NCBI GenBank assembly: GCA_030390025.1
Contig: CM059431.1
Location: 95,110,001 to 95,174,000, forward strand
From: Squalus acanthias
Taxonomy: Eukaryota
Direction of reading: 5' to 3'
DNA: 64,000 nucleotides
A model generated the notes under the pieces. It was not told the origin of the DNA. It was given only the letters and a program-made list of their open reading frames with translations, and made no database searches. The translations under genes were made by a program, and so were the position numbers. Positions 1 to 15,190 of this stretch are shown here, piece after piece (the first letter of the stretch is position 1; every line of letters begins with the position of its first letter).

Positions 1-3000
1 TGACCCCCCCAGCCCCGATTGCTGACCCCCCCAGCCGCGATTACTGACCCCCCCAGCCCCGATTACTGATTTCCCCCACCGCCCCGATTACTGACCCCCC
101 CATCCCCGATTACTGACCCCCCCCAGCCCCGATTACTGACCCCCCCCACAGCCCCGATTACTGACCCCCCAGCCCCGATTACTGACCCCCCCGCCTCGAT
201 TACTGACCCCCCCAGCCCCGATTACTGATCCCCCAGCCCCGATTACTGATCCCCCAGCCCCGATTGCTGACTCCCCCAGCCCCGATTACTGATTCCCCCA
301 GCCCCGATTACTGACCCCCCCACCCCCGATTACTGACCCCCAGCCCCAATTACTGACCCCCCACCCCCGATTACTGACCCCCCAGCCTCGATTACTGACA
401 CCCCCACCCCCGATTACTGACCCCCCCACCCCCGATTACTGAACCCCAGCCCCGATTACTGAATCCCCAGCCCCGATTACTGAACCCCAGCCCCGATTAC
501 TGATTCCCCAGCCCCGATTACTGACCCCCAGCCCCGATTACTGACATCTCCAGCCACGATTACTGACCCCCCCAGCCCCGATTACTGACCCCCCCACCCC
601 CGATTACTGACCCCCCAGCCTCGATTACTGACACCCCCACCCCCGATTACTGAACCCCAGCCCCGATTACTGAATCCCCAGCCCCGATTACTGAACCCCA
701 GCCCCGATTACTGATTCCCCAGCCCCGATTACTGACCCCCAGCCCCGATTACTGACATCTCCAGCCCCGATTACTGACCCCCCCAGCCCCGATTACTGAC
801 CCCCCCACCCCGATTACTGACCCCCAGTCCCGATTACTGACCACCAGCCCCGATTACTGACCCCCAGCCTCGATTACTGAATCCCCAGCCCCGATTACTG
901 ATCCCCCCCCAGTCCCGATTACTGACCCCCCCACCCCCGATTACTGACCCCCCCAGCCCCGATTACTGACCCCCCCAGCCTCGATTACTGAATCCCCAGC
1001 CCCGATTACTGACCCCCCAGCCTCGATTACTGACCCCCCCAGCCCCGATTACTGACCCCCCCACCCCCGATTACTGACCCCCCCACCCCCGATTACTGAC
1101 CCCCCAGCCTCGATTACTGAATCCCCAGCCCCGATTACTGACCCCCCAGCCTCGATTACTGACCCCCCCAGCCCCGATTACTGACCCCCCCAGCCCCGAT
1201 TACTGACCCCCCCACCCCCGATTACTGACCCCCCCAGCCCTGATTACTGACACCCCCAGCCCCGATTACTGACCCCTCAGCCCCGATTACTGACCCCCCC
1301 AGCCCCGATTACTGAACCTCCCCAGCCCCGATTACTGACCCCCCCAGCCCCGATTACTGACCCCCCCAGCCCCGATTACTGACCCCCCCACCCCCGATTA
1401 CTGACCCCCCCAGCCCCGATTACTGATCCTCCTCCCCTATTACTGACTCCGCCATCCCCGATTACTGAACCCCCCACCCCCGATTACTGACCCCCCCACA
1501 CCCGATTACTGAACCCCCCACCCCCGATTACTGACCCCCCCAGTCCCAATTACTGACCCCCCCAGTCCCGATTACTGACCCTCCCCACCCCCAATTACTG
1601 ACCCCCCCAGTCCCGATTACTGACCCCCCCAGCCCCGATTACTGACCCTCCCCACCCCCGATTACTGACCCCCCCCAGCCCCGATTACTGACCCTCCCCA
1701 CCCCTGATCACTGACCCCCCAGCTCCGATTACTGACCCTCCCCCAGCTCCGATTACTGATTCCCCCAGCCCCGATTACCGACCCACCCAACTCCGATTAC
1801 TGACCCTCCCCCCAGCCTCGATTACTGACCCCCACAGTCCCGATTAGTGACCACCCCCAGCCCGATTACTGACCCACCCAACTCCGATTACTGACTCCCC
1901 CACCCCCGTTGACAGACCCCCCCCACCCCCGATTACTGACCTTCCCCCAGCCCCGACTACTGACCCTCCCAACTCCGATTACTGACTCTCCCAGGCCCGA
2001 TTACTGACCCCCAGCCTCGATTACTGACCCCACCCCCCAGCCCCGATTACTGACCTTCCCCCAGCCCCGATTACTGACACCACCCAGCCCCGATTACTGA
2101 CCCCCCCGCCTCGATTACTGATTCCCCCAGCCCCGATTACTGAACCCCAGCCCCGATTACTGACCCTCCCCCCAGCCCCGATTACTGACCCCCCAGCCTC
2201 GATTACTGACCCCACCCCCAGCCCCGATTACTGACCCTCCCAGCCCCGATTACTGACCCCCCAGTCCCGATTACTGAACCCCCCCGGCCCCGATTACTGA
2301 CCCTCCCCACCCCCGATTACTGACCAGCCCAGCCCCGATTACTGACCCCGCAGCCTCGATTACTGACACCCCCACCCCTGATTACTGACCCCCCCACCCC
2401 CGATTACTGAACCCCAGCCCCGATTACTGAATCCCCAGCCCCGATTACTGAACCCCAGCCCCGATTACTGATTCCCCAGCCCCGATTACTGACCCCCAGC
2501 CCCGATTACTGACATCTCCAGCCCAGATTACTGACCCCCCCAGCCCCGATTACTGACCCTCCCACCCCGATTACTGACCCCCAGTCCCGATTACTGACCC
2601 CCAGCCCCGATTACTGACCCCCAGCCTCGATTACTGAATCCCCAGCCCCGATTACTGATCCCCCCCCAGTCCCGATTACTGACCCCCCCACCCCCGATTA
2701 CTGACCCCCCCAGCCCCGATTACTGACCCCCCCAGCCTCGATTACTGAATCCCCAGCCCCGATTACTGACCCCCCAGCCTCGATTACTGACCCCCCCAGC
2801 CCCGATTACTGACCCCCCCACCCCCGATTACTGACCCCCCCACCCCCGATTACTGACCCCCCAGCCTCGATTACTGAATCCCCAGCCCCGATTACTGACC
2901 CCCCAGCCTCGATTACTGACACCCCCAGCCCCGATTACTGACCCCCCCAGCCCCGATTACTGACCCCCCCAACCACGATTACTGACCCCCCCAGCCCTGA

Positions 3001-6000
3001 TTACTGACACCCCCTGCCCCGATTACTGACCCCTCAGCCCCGATTACTGACCCCCCCAGCCCCGATTACTGAACCTCCCCAGCCCCGATTACTGACCCCC
3101 CCAGCCCCGATTACTGACCCCCCAGCCCCGATTACTGACCCCCCCACCCCCGATTACTGACCCCCCCAGCCCCGATTACTGATCCTCCTCCCCTATTACT
3201 GACCCCGCCATCCCCGATTACTGAACCCCCCACCCCCGATTACTGACCCCCCCACACCCGATTACTGAACCCCCCACCCCCGATTACTGACCCCCCCAGT
3301 CCCAATTACTGACCCCCCCAGTCCCGATTACTGACCCTCCCCACCCCCAATTACTGACCCCCCCAGTCCCGATTACTGACCCCCCCAGCCCCGATTACTG
3401 ACCCTCCCCACCCCCGATTACTGACCCCCCCAGCCCCGATTACTGACCCTCCCCACCCCTGATCACTGACCCCCCAGCTCCGATTACTGACCCTCCCCCA
3501 GCTCCGATTACTGATTCCCCCAGCCCCGATTACCGACCCACCCAACTCCGATTACTGACCCTCCCCCCAGCCTCGATTACTGACCCCCACAGTCCCGATT
3601 AGTGACCACCCCCAGCCCGATTACTGACCCACCCAACTCCGATTACTGACTCCCCCACCCCCGTTGACAGACCCCCCCCACCCCCGATTACTGACCTTCC
3701 CCCAGCCCCGACTACTGACCCTCCCAACTCCGATTACTGACTCTCCCAGGCCCGATTACTGACCCCCAGCCTCAATTACTGACCCCACCCCCCAGCCCCG
3801 ATTACTGACCTTCCCCCAGCCCCGATTACTGACACCACCCAGCCCCGATTACTGACCCCCCCACCCCCGATTACTGACCCCCCCAGCCCTGATTACTGAC
3901 ACCCCCAGCCCCGATTACTGACCCCTCAGCCCCGATTACTGACCCCCCCAGCCCCGATTACTGAACCTCCCCAGCCCCGATTACTGACCCCCCCAGCCCC
4001 GATTACTGACCCCCCCAGCCCCGATTACTGACCCCCCCACCCCCGATTACTGACCCCCCCAGCCCCGATTACTGATCCTCCTCCCCTATTACTGACTCCG
4101 CCATCCCCGATTACTGAACCCCCCACCCCCGATTACTGACCCCCCCCACACCCGATTACTGAACCCCCCACCCCCGATTACTGACCCCCCCAGTCCCAAT
4201 TACTGACCCCCCCAGTCCCGATTACTGACCCTCCCCACCCCCAATTACTGACCCCCCCAGTCCCGATTACTGACCCCCCCAGCCCCGATTACTGACCCTC
4301 CCCACCCCCGATTACTGACCCCCCCAGCCCCGATTGCTGACCCTCCCCACCCCTGATCACTGACCCCCCAGCTCCGATTACTGACCCTCCCCCAGCTCCG
4401 ATTACTGATTCCCCCAGCCCCGATTACCGACCCACCCAACTCCGATTACTGACCCTCCCCCCAGCCTCGATTACTGACCCCCACAGTCCCGATTAGTGAC
4501 CACCCCAGCCCGATTACTGACCCACCCAACTCCGATTACTGACTCCCCCACCCCCGTTGACAGACCCCCCCCACCCCCGATTACTGACCTTCCCCCAGCC
4601 CCGACTACTGACCCTCCCAACTCCGATTACTGACTCTCCCAGGCCCGATTACTGACCCCCAGCCTCGATTACTGACCCCACCCCCCAGCCCCGATTACTG
4701 ACCTTCCCCCAGCCCCGATTACTGACACCACCCAGCCCCGATTACTGACCCCCCCCGCCTCGATTACTGATTCCCCCAGCCCCGATTACTGAACCCCAGC
4801 CCCGATTACTGACCCTCCCCCCAGCCCTGATTACTGACCCCCCAGCCTCGATTACTGACCCCCCCCCCCAGCCCCGATTACTGACCCCCCCAGCCCCGAT
4901 TACTGACCCCCCAGTCCCGATTACTGAACCCCCCCGGCCCCGATTACTGACCCTCCCCACCCCCGATTACTGACCAGCCCAGCCCCGATTACTGACCAGC
5001 CCAGCCCCGATTACTGACCCCCCCCAGCCCCGATTACTGACCCCCCCCAGCCCCGATTACTGACCCCCCACCCCCGATTACTGACCAGCCCAGCCCCGAT
5101 TACTGACCAGCCCAGCCCCGATTACTGACCCCCCCAGCCCCGATTACTGACCCCCCCAGCCCCGATTACTGAGCCCCCCAGCCCCGATTACTGACCCCAC
5201 CAGCCCCGATTACTGAGCCCCCCAGCCCCGATTACTGACCCCCCCCAGCCCCGATTACTGACTCCCCCAGCCCCGATTACTGACACCCCCACCCCCGATT
5301 ACTTAACCCCCAGTCCCAATTACTGAACACCAGCCCCGATTACTGACCCTCCCCACCCCCGATTACTGACCCTCCCCCAGCCTCGATTACTGATTCCCCC
5401 AGCCCCGATTACCGACCCACCCAACTCCGATTACTGACCCTCCCCCCAGCCTCGATTACTGACCCCCACAGTCCCGATTAGTGACCACCCCCAGCCCGAT
5501 TACTGACCCACCCAACTCCGATTACTGACTCCCCCACCCCCGTTGACAGACCCCCCCCACCCCCGATTACTGACCTTCCCCCAGCCCCGACTACTGACCC
5601 TCCCAACTCCGATTACTGACTCTCCCAGGCCCGATTACTGACCCCCAGCCTCGATTACTGACCCCACCCCCCAGCCCCGATTACTGACCTTCCCCCAGCC
5701 CCGATTACTGACACCACCCAGCCCCGATTACTGACCCCCCCGCCTCGATTACTGATTCCCCCAGCCCCGATTACTGAACCCCAGCCCCGATTACTGACCC
5801 TCCCCCCAGCCCTGATTACTGACCCCCCAGCCTCGATTACTGACCCCCCCCCCAGCCCCGATTACTGACCCCCCCAGCCCCGATTACTGACCCCCCAGTC
5901 CCGATTACTGAACCCCCCCGGCCCCGATTACTGACCCTCCCCACCCCCGATTACTGACCAGCCCAGCCCCGATTACTGACCAGCCCAGCCCCGATTACTG

Positions 6001-9000
6001 ACCCCCCCCAGCCCCGATTACTGACCCCCCCCAGCCCCGATTACTGACCCCCCACCCCCGATTACTGACCAGCCCAGCCCCGATTACTGACCAGCCCAGC
6101 CCCGATTACTGACCCCCCCAGCCCCGATTACTGACCGCCCCAGCCCCGATTACTGAGCCCCCCAGCCCCGATTACTGACCCCACCAGCCCCGATTACTGA
6201 GCCCCCCAGCCCCGATTACTGACCCCCCCCAGCCCCGATTACTGACTCCCCCAGCCCCGATTACTGACACCCCCACCCCCGATTACTTAACCCCCAGTCC
6301 CAATTACTGAACACCAGCCCCGATTACTGACCCTCCCCACCCCCGATTACTGACCCCCCCCAGCCTCGATTACTGATTCCCCCAGCCCCGATTACTGACC
6401 CCCCCAGTCCCGATTACTGACCCCCCCAGCCCCGATTACTGAACCCCAGCCCCGATTACTGACCCCCCCACCCCCGATTACTGACCCCCCCAGCCCCGAT
6501 TACTGACCCCCAGCCCCGATTACTGACCCCCCCAGCCCCGATTACTGAACCCCCAGCCCCGATTACTGACACCCCCACCCCCGATTACTGAACCCCCAGC
6601 CCCGATTACTGACCCCCAGCCCCGATTACTGAACCCCCAGTCCCGATTACTGATCCTCCTCCCCTATTACTGACCCCGCCAGCCCCGATTACTGAGCCCC
6701 CCAGCCCCGATTACTGACCATCCCCACCCCCGATTACTGACCCCCCCGTCACGATTACTGACTCCACCAGCCCCGATTACTGACCCCCCCACCCCCGATT
6801 ACTGACCCCCCCAGCCCCGATTACTGACCCCCCCAGCCCCGATTACTGAACCCCCCAGCCCCGATTACTGACCCCCCCAGCCCCGATTGCTGACCCTCCC
6901 CCCAGCTCTGATTACTGACCCCCCCGTCCCGATTACTGACCCCCCCAGCCCCGATTACCAACCCACCCAACTCCGATTAATGGCCCTCCCCCCAGCCTCG
7001 ATTACTGACACCCCCACCCCCGATTACAGAACCCCCCACCCCCGATTACTGACCCTCCCCCAGCCCCGACTACTGACCCTCCCAACTCCGATTACTGACT
7101 CTCCCAGGCCCGATTACTGACCCTCCCCCCAGCCCCGATTACTGACTCTCCCAGGCCCGATTACTGACCCTCCCCCCAGCCCCGATTACTGACCCCCCCA
7201 GCCCCGATTACTGACCCCCCCGCCTCGATTACTGATTCTCCCAGCCCCGATTACTGACCCCCCCCCAGCCCCGATTACTGAACCCCAGCCCCGATTACTG
7301 AACCCCAGCCCCGATTACTGATTCCCCCAGCCCCGATTACTGACCCTCCACCCAGCCTCGATTACTGAACCCCAGCCCCGATTACTGACCCTCCCCCAGT
7401 CCCGATTACTGACCCCAAAGCCCCGATTACTGACCCTCCCCCAGCCTCGATTACTGAACCCCCCAGCCCCGATTACTGACACCCCCAGTCCCGATTACTG
7501 AAACCCAGCCCCGATTACTGAACCCCCAGCCCCGATTACTGAACCCCAGCCCTGATTACTGACCCCCCCGCCTCGATTACTGACCCCCCAGCCCCGATTA
7601 CTAACCCCCCCAGTCCCGATTACTGAAACCCAGCCCCGATTACTGAACCCCCAGCCCCGATTACTGACCACCCCAGCCCTGATTACTGACCCCCCGCCTC
7701 GATTACTGATTCCCCCAGTCCCGATTACTGATCCCCCAGTCCCGATTACTGACCCTCCCCACCCCCGATTACTGACCCCCCCCAGCCCCGATTACTGACT
7801 CCCCCAGCCCCGATTACTGACACCCCCACCCCCGATTACTTAACCCCCAGTCCCAATTACTGAACACCAGCCCCGATTACTGACCCTCCCCACCCCCGAT
7901 TACTGACCCCCCCCAGCCTCGATTACTGATTCCCCCAGCCCCGATTACTGACCCCCCCAGTCCCGATTACTGACCCCCCCAGCCCCGATTACTGAACCCC
8001 AGCCCCGATTACTGACCCCCCCGCCTCGATTACTGATTCCCCCAGCCCCGATTACTGACCCTACCCAGCACCGATTACTGAACCCCAGCCCCGATTACTG
8101 ACCCCCCCGCCTCGATTACTGATTCCCCCAGCCCCGATTACTGACCCCCCCAGCCCCAATTACTGACCACCCCAGCCCCAATTACTGACCCCCCCCAGCC
8201 TCGATTACTGACCCCCCCAGCCCCGATTACTGATCCTCCTCCCCTATTACTGAGCCCACCAGCCCCGATTACTGACCCCCCACAGCCCCGATTACTGACC
8301 CCCCCAGCCCCGATTACTGACCCCCCCAGCCCCGATTACTGACCCCCCCAGCCCCAATTATTGACCACCCCAGCCCCAATTACTGACCACCCCAGCCCCA
8401 ATTACTGACCACCCCAGCCCCAATTACTGACCCCCCCACAGCCCCGATTACTGACCCCCCCAGCCCCAATTACTGACCACCCCAGCCCCAATTACTGACG
8501 CCCCCCAGCCCCGATTACTGAACCCCCCAGCCCCGATTACTGACCCCCCAGCCCCGATTAATGACCCCCCCAGCCCCGATTACTGAATCCCCCACCTCGA
8601 TTACTGATTCCCCAGCCCCGATTACTGACCCCCCCAGTCCCGATTACTGACCCCCCCAGCCCCGATTACTGACCCCCCCCAGCCCCGATTACTGACCCCC
8701 CCAGCCTCGATTACTGAACCCCCGTCCCGATTACTGACCCCCCCAGTCCCGATTACTGACCCCCCCAGCCCCGATTACTGACCACCCCAGCCCCAATTAC
8801 TGACCCCCCCAGCCCCAATTACTGACCACCCCAGCCCCAATTACTGACCCCCCCACAGCCCCGATTAATGACCCCCCCAGCCCCAATTACTGACCCCCCA
8901 GCCCCGATTACTGACCCCCCCAGCCCCGATTACTGACCCCCCCAGCCCCAATTACTGACCCCCCAGCCCCGATTACTGACCCCCCCAGTCCCGATTATTG

Positions 9001-12000
9001 AAACCCAGCCCCGATTACTGACCCCCCCGCCTCGATTACTGACCCCCCCAGCCCCGATTACTGAACCACAGCCCCGATTACAGACATCCCCCAGCCCCGA
9101 TTACTGACCCCCCCAGCCCCGATTACTGAACCCCAGCCCCGATTACTGATTCACCCAGCCCCGATTACTGATTCACCCAGCCCCGATTACTGAACCCCAG
9201 CCCCGATTACTGACCCCCCCACACCCGATTACTGAACCCCTCACCCCCGATTACTGACCCCCCCAGCCCCAATTACTGACCCCCCCCAGTCCCAATTACT
9301 GACCCCCCCAGTCCCGATTACTGACCCTCCCCACCCCCAATTACTGACCCCCCCAGTCCCGATTACTGACCCCCCCCAGCCCCGATTACTGACCCTCCCC
9401 ACCCCCGATTACTGACCCCCCCAGCCCCGATTACTGACCCTCCCCACCCCTGATTACTGACCCCCCAGCTCCGATTACTGACCCTCCCCCAGCTCCGATT
9501 ACTGATTCCCCCAGCCCCGATTACCGACCCACCCAACTCCGATTACTGACCATCCCCCCAGCCTCGATTACTGACCCCCACAGTCCCGATTAGTGACCAC
9601 CCCCAGCCCGATTACTGACCCACCCAACTCCGATTACTGACTCCCCCACCCCCGTTGACAGACACCCCCCACCCCCGATTACTGACCTTCCCCCAGCCCC
9701 GACTACTGACCCTCCCAACTCCGATTACTGACTCTCCCAGGCCCGATTACTGACTCCCAGCCTCGATTACTGACCCCACTCCCCAGCCCCGATTACTGAC
9801 CTTCCCCCAGCCCCGATTACTGACACCACCCAGCCCCGATTACTGACCCCCCCGCCTCGATTACTGATTCCCCCAGCCCCGATTACTGAACCCCAGCCCC
9901 GATTACTGACCCTCCCCCCAGCCCCGATTACTGACCCCCCAGCCTCGATTACTGACCCCTCCCCCAGCCCCGATTACTGACCCCCCCAGCCCCGATTACT
10001 GACCCCCCAGTCCCGATTACTGAACCCCCCCGGCCCCGATTACTGACCCTCCCCACCCCCGATTACTGACCAGCCCAGCCCCGATTACTGACCAGCCCAG
10101 CCCCGATTACTGACCCCCCCCAGCCCCGATTACTGACCCCCCCCAGCCCCGATTACTGACCCCCCACCCCCGATTACTGACCAGCCCAGCCCCGATTACT
10201 GACCAGCCCAGCCCCGATTACTGACCCCCCCAGCCCCGATTACTGACCCCCCCAGCCCCGATTACTGAGCCCCCCAGCCCCGATTACTGACCCCACCAGC
10301 CCTGATTACTGAGCCCCCCAGCCCCGATTACTGACCCCACCAGCCCCGATTACTGACCCCCCCCAGCCCCGATTACTGAGCCCCCCAGCCCCGATTACTG
10401 AGCCCCCCAGCCCCGATTACTGACCCCACCAGCCCCGATTACTGACCCCCCCAGCCCCGATTACTGACACCCCCACCCCCGATTACTGAACCCCCAGCCC
10501 CGATTACTGACCCCCAGCCCCGATTACTGAACCCCCAGTCCCGATTACTGATCCTCTTCCCCTATTACTGACCCCGCCAGCCCCGATTACTGAGCCCCCC
10601 AGCCCCGATTACTGACCATCCCCACCCCCGATTACTGACCCCCCCCGTCACGATTACTGACTCCACCAGCCCCGATTACTGACCCCCCCACCCCCGATTA
10701 CTGACCCCCCAGCCCCGATTACTGACCCCCCCAGCCCCGATTACTGAACCCCCCAGCCCCGATTACTGACCCCCCCAGCCCCGATTGCTGACCCTCCCCC
10801 AGCTCTGATTACTGACCCCCCCGTCCCGATTACTGACCCCCCCAGCCCCGATTACCAACCCACCCAACTCCGATTAATGGCCCTCCCCCCAGCCTCGATT
10901 ACTGACACCCCCGATTACAGAACCCCCCACCCCCGATTACTGACCCTCCCCCAGCCCCGACTACTGACCCACCCAACTCCGATTACTGACTCTCCCAGGC
11001 CCGATTACTGACCCTCCCCCCAGCCCCGATTACTGACTCTCCCAGGCCCGATTACTGACCCTCCCCCCAGCCCCGATTACTGACCCCCCCAGCCCCGATT
11101 ACTGACCCCCCCCGCCTCGATTACTGATTCTCCCAGCCCCGATTACTGACCCCCCCCAGCCCCGATTACTGAACCCCAGCCCCGATTACTGAACCCCAGC
11201 CCCGATTACTGATTCCCCCAGCCCCGATTACTGACCCTCCACCCAGCCTCGATTACTGAACCCCAGCCCCGATTACTGACCCTCCCCCAGTCCCGATTAC
11301 TGACCCCAAAGCCCCGATTACTGACCCTCCCCCAGCCTCGATTACTGAACCCCCCAGCCCCGATTACTGACCCCCCCAGTCCCGATTACTGAAACCCAGC
11401 CCCGATTACTGAACCCCCAGCCCCGATTACTGAACCCCAGCCCTGATTACTGACCCCCCCGCCTCGATTACTGACCCCCCAGCCCCGATTACTGACCCCC
11501 CCAGTCCCGATTACTGAAACCCAGCCCCGATTACTGAACCCCCAGCCCCGATTACTGACCACCCTAGCCCTGATTACTGACCCCCCGCCTCGATTACTGA
11601 TTCCCCCAGTCCCGATTACTGATCCCCCAGTCCCGATTACTGACCCTCCCCACCCCCGATTACTGATCCCCCCCAGCCCCGATTACTGACTCCCCAGCCC
11701 CGATTACTGACACCCCCACCCCCGATTACTTAACCCCCAGTCCCAATTACTGAACACCAGCCCCGATTACTGACCCTCCCCACCCCCGATTACTGACCCC
11801 CCCAGCCTCGATTACTGATTCCCCCAGCCCCGATTACTGACCCCCCCAGTCCCAATTACTGACCCCCCCAGCCCCGATTACTGAACCCCAGCCCCGATTA
11901 CTGACCCCCCCGCCTCGATTACTGATTCCCCCAGCCCCGATTACTGACCCTACCCAGCCCCGATTACTGAACCCCAGCCCCGATTACTGACCCCCCCGCC

Positions 12001-14860
12001 TCGATTACTGATTCCCCCAGCCCCGATTACTGACCCCCCCAGCCCCAATTACTGACCACCCCAGCCCCAATTACTGACCCCCCCCAGCCCCGATTACTGA
12101 CCCCAGCCCCGATTACTGAACCCCAGCCCCGATTACTGATTCCCCCAGCCCCGATTACTGACCCTCCACCCAGCCTCGATTACTGAACCCCAGCCCCGAT
12201 TACTGACCCTCCCCCAGTCCCGATTACTGACCCCAAAGCCCCGATTACTGACCCTCCCCCAGCCTCGATTACTGAACCCCCCAGCCCCGATTACTGACCC
12301 CCCCAGTCCCGATTACTGAAACCCAGCCCCAATTACTGAACCCCCAGCCCCGATTACTGAACCCCAGCCCTGATTACTGACCCCCCCGCCTCGATTACTG
12401 ACCCCCCAGCCCCGATTACTGACCCTCCCAGTCCCGATTACTGAAACCCAGCCCCGATTACTGAACCCCCAGCCCCGATTACTGACCACCCCAGCCCTGA
12501 TTACTGACCCCCCGCCTCGATTACTGATTCCCCCAGTCCCGATTACTGATCACCCAGTCCCGATTACTGACCCTCCCCACCCCCGATTACTGACCCCCCC
12601 AGCCCCGATTACTGACTCCCCCAGCCGCGATTACTGACACCCCCACCCCCGATTACTTAACCCCCAGTCCCAATTACTGAACACCAGCCCCGATTACTGA
12701 CCCTCCCCACCCCCGATTACTGACCCCCCAGCCTCGATTACTGATTCCCCCAGCCCCGATTACTGACCCCCCCAGTCCCGATTACTGACCCCCCCAGCCC
12801 CGATTACTGAACCCCAGCCCCGATTACTGACCCCCCCGCCTCGATTACTGATTCCCCAGCCCCGATTACTGACCCTACCCAGCCCCGATTACTGAACCCC
12901 AGCCCCGATTACTGACCCCCCCGCCTCGATTACTGATTCCCCCAGCCCCGATTACTGACCCCCCCAGCCCCAATTACTGACCACCCCAGCCCCAATTACT
13001 GACCCCCCCCAGCCTCGATTACTGACCCCCCAGCCCCGATTACTGATCCTCCTCCCCTATTACTGAGCCCACCAGCCCCGATTACTGACCCCCCACAGCC
13101 CCGATTACTGACCCCCCCAGCCCCGATTACTGACCCCCCCAGCCCCAATTACTGACCACCCCAGCCCCAATTACTGACCACCCCAGCCCCAATTACTGAC
13201 CACCCCAGCCCCAATTACTGACCCCCCCACAGCCCCGATTACTGACCCCCCCAGCCCCAATTACTGACCACCCCAGCCCCAATTACTGACGCCCCCCAGC
13301 CCCGATTACTGAACCCCCCCAGCCCCGATTACTGACCCCCCAGCCCCGATTAATGACCCCCCCCAGCCCCGATTACTGAATCCCCCACCTCGATTACTGA
13401 CTCGATTACTGACCCCCAGCCCCGATTACTGACCCCCAGTCCCGATTACTGACCCCCCCCAGCCCCGATTACTGACCCCCCCCAGCCCCGATTACTGACC
13501 CCCCAGCCTCGATTACTGAACCCCCGTCCCGATTACTGACCCCCCCCAGTCCCGATTACTGACCCCCCCAGCCCCGATTACTGACCACCCCAGCCCCAAT
13601 TACTGACCCCCCCAGCCCCAATTACTGACCACCCCAGCCCCAATTACTGACGCCCCACCCCGATTACTGACCCCCCGGCCCCGATTACTGACCCCCCCAC
13701 AGCCCCGATTAATGACCCCCCCAGCCCCAATTACTGACCCCCAGCCCCGATTACTGACCCCCCCAGCCCCGATTACTGACCCCCCCAGCCTCGATTACTG
13801 ACCCCCCCAGCCCCAATTACTGACCCCCCAGCCCCGATTACTGACCCCCCAGTCCCGATTACTGACGCCCCACCCCCGATTACTGACCCCCCGGCCCCGA
13901 TTACTGACCCCCCCACAGCCCCGATTAATGACCCCCCCAGCCCCAATTACTGACCCCCCAGCCCCGATTACTGACCCCCCCCAGCCCCGATTACTGACCC
14001 CCCCAGCCCCGATTACTGACCCCCCCAGCCCCGATTACTGACCCCCCCAGCCCCAATTACTGACCCCCCAGCCCCGATTACTGACCCCCCAGTCCCGATT
14101 ATTGAAACCCAGCCCCGATTACTGACCCCCCGCCTCGATTACTGACCCCCCCAGCCCCGATTACTGAACCACAGCACCGATTACAGACATCCCCCAGCCC
14201 CGATTACTGAACCCCCAGCCCCGATTACTGAACCCCAGCCCCGATTACTGATTCACCCAGCCCCGATTACTGATTCACCCAGCCCCGATTACTGAACCCC
14301 AGCCCCGATTACTGACCCCCCCAGCTCCGATTACTGGCCCTCCCCCCAGCTCCGATTACTGACCCCCCAGCCCCGATTACTGACCGCCCCAGCCCCCATT
14401 ACTGATGTCCCCAGCCCCGATTGCCGACCTCCCCCAGCCCCGATTACTGACCCCCCCAGCCCCCATTACTGACCCCCCCCAGTCCCGATTGCCGACCTCC
14501 CCCCAGTCCCGATTGCCGACCTCCCCCAGCCCTGATTGCTGACCTCCCCCCAGCCCCGATTACTGACCCCCCCAGCCCCCATTACTGACCCCCCCCCAGT
14601 CCCGATTGCCGACCTCCCCCCAGTCCCGATTGCCGACCTCCCCCAGCCCTGATTGCTGACCCTCCCCCCAGCCCCGATTACTGACCCCCAGCCCCTATTA
14701 CTGACGTCCCCAGTCCCGATTGCCGACCTCCCCCCAGCCCCGATTACTGACCCCCCCAGCCCCCATTACTGACCCCCCCCCCCAGTCCCGATTGCCGACC
14801 TCCCCCAGCCCTGATTGCCGACCTCCCCCAGCCCTGATTGCTGACCACTCCCCAGCCCTC
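1..14860. repeat. C-rich tandem satellite/minisatellite, unit ~20-23 bp, consensus GATTACTGACCCCCCCAGCCCC; roughly 650-700 units (length/unit estimate); runs off the left edge
   Basis: Near-invariant GATTACTGA core recurs every ~22 bp with variable C-tracts; units drift to GATTGCCGACCTCCCCCAG after ~14400. Confidence 0.99.
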
Positions 14861-15190
14861 ATGATCACAGGCCTCACCAATCTCCCAATCATGGGTCTCT
14901 CCCCCCTCCCGATTGGCAAGGATCATTTCAAGTGTCTCCCCATCAAAATCGGGGTCTATGCCTCTATTTATAAAGCCAAGGATCCTCTATGTTTTTTCTT
15001 AAAAGATTTATCAACTTGTCTTTCCCCTTTTAAAGATTTATGTATGTGAACACCCAGGCCTCTCTGTTCTTGCACACCTTTAAATTGTGCCCTTTAGTTT
15101 ATGTTGTCTCTCCTAAATTTTCCAATCGAAATGAATCATTTCACACTTCTCTACATTAAATTTCATCTGCCATGTGTCAGCCAATTTCAC

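Noticed and set aside
1..14860. CRISPR-like array or Gly/Pro-rich ORFs in the satellite
   Set aside because: No unique spacers and no cas genes; ORFs are short chance gaps between per-unit stop codons
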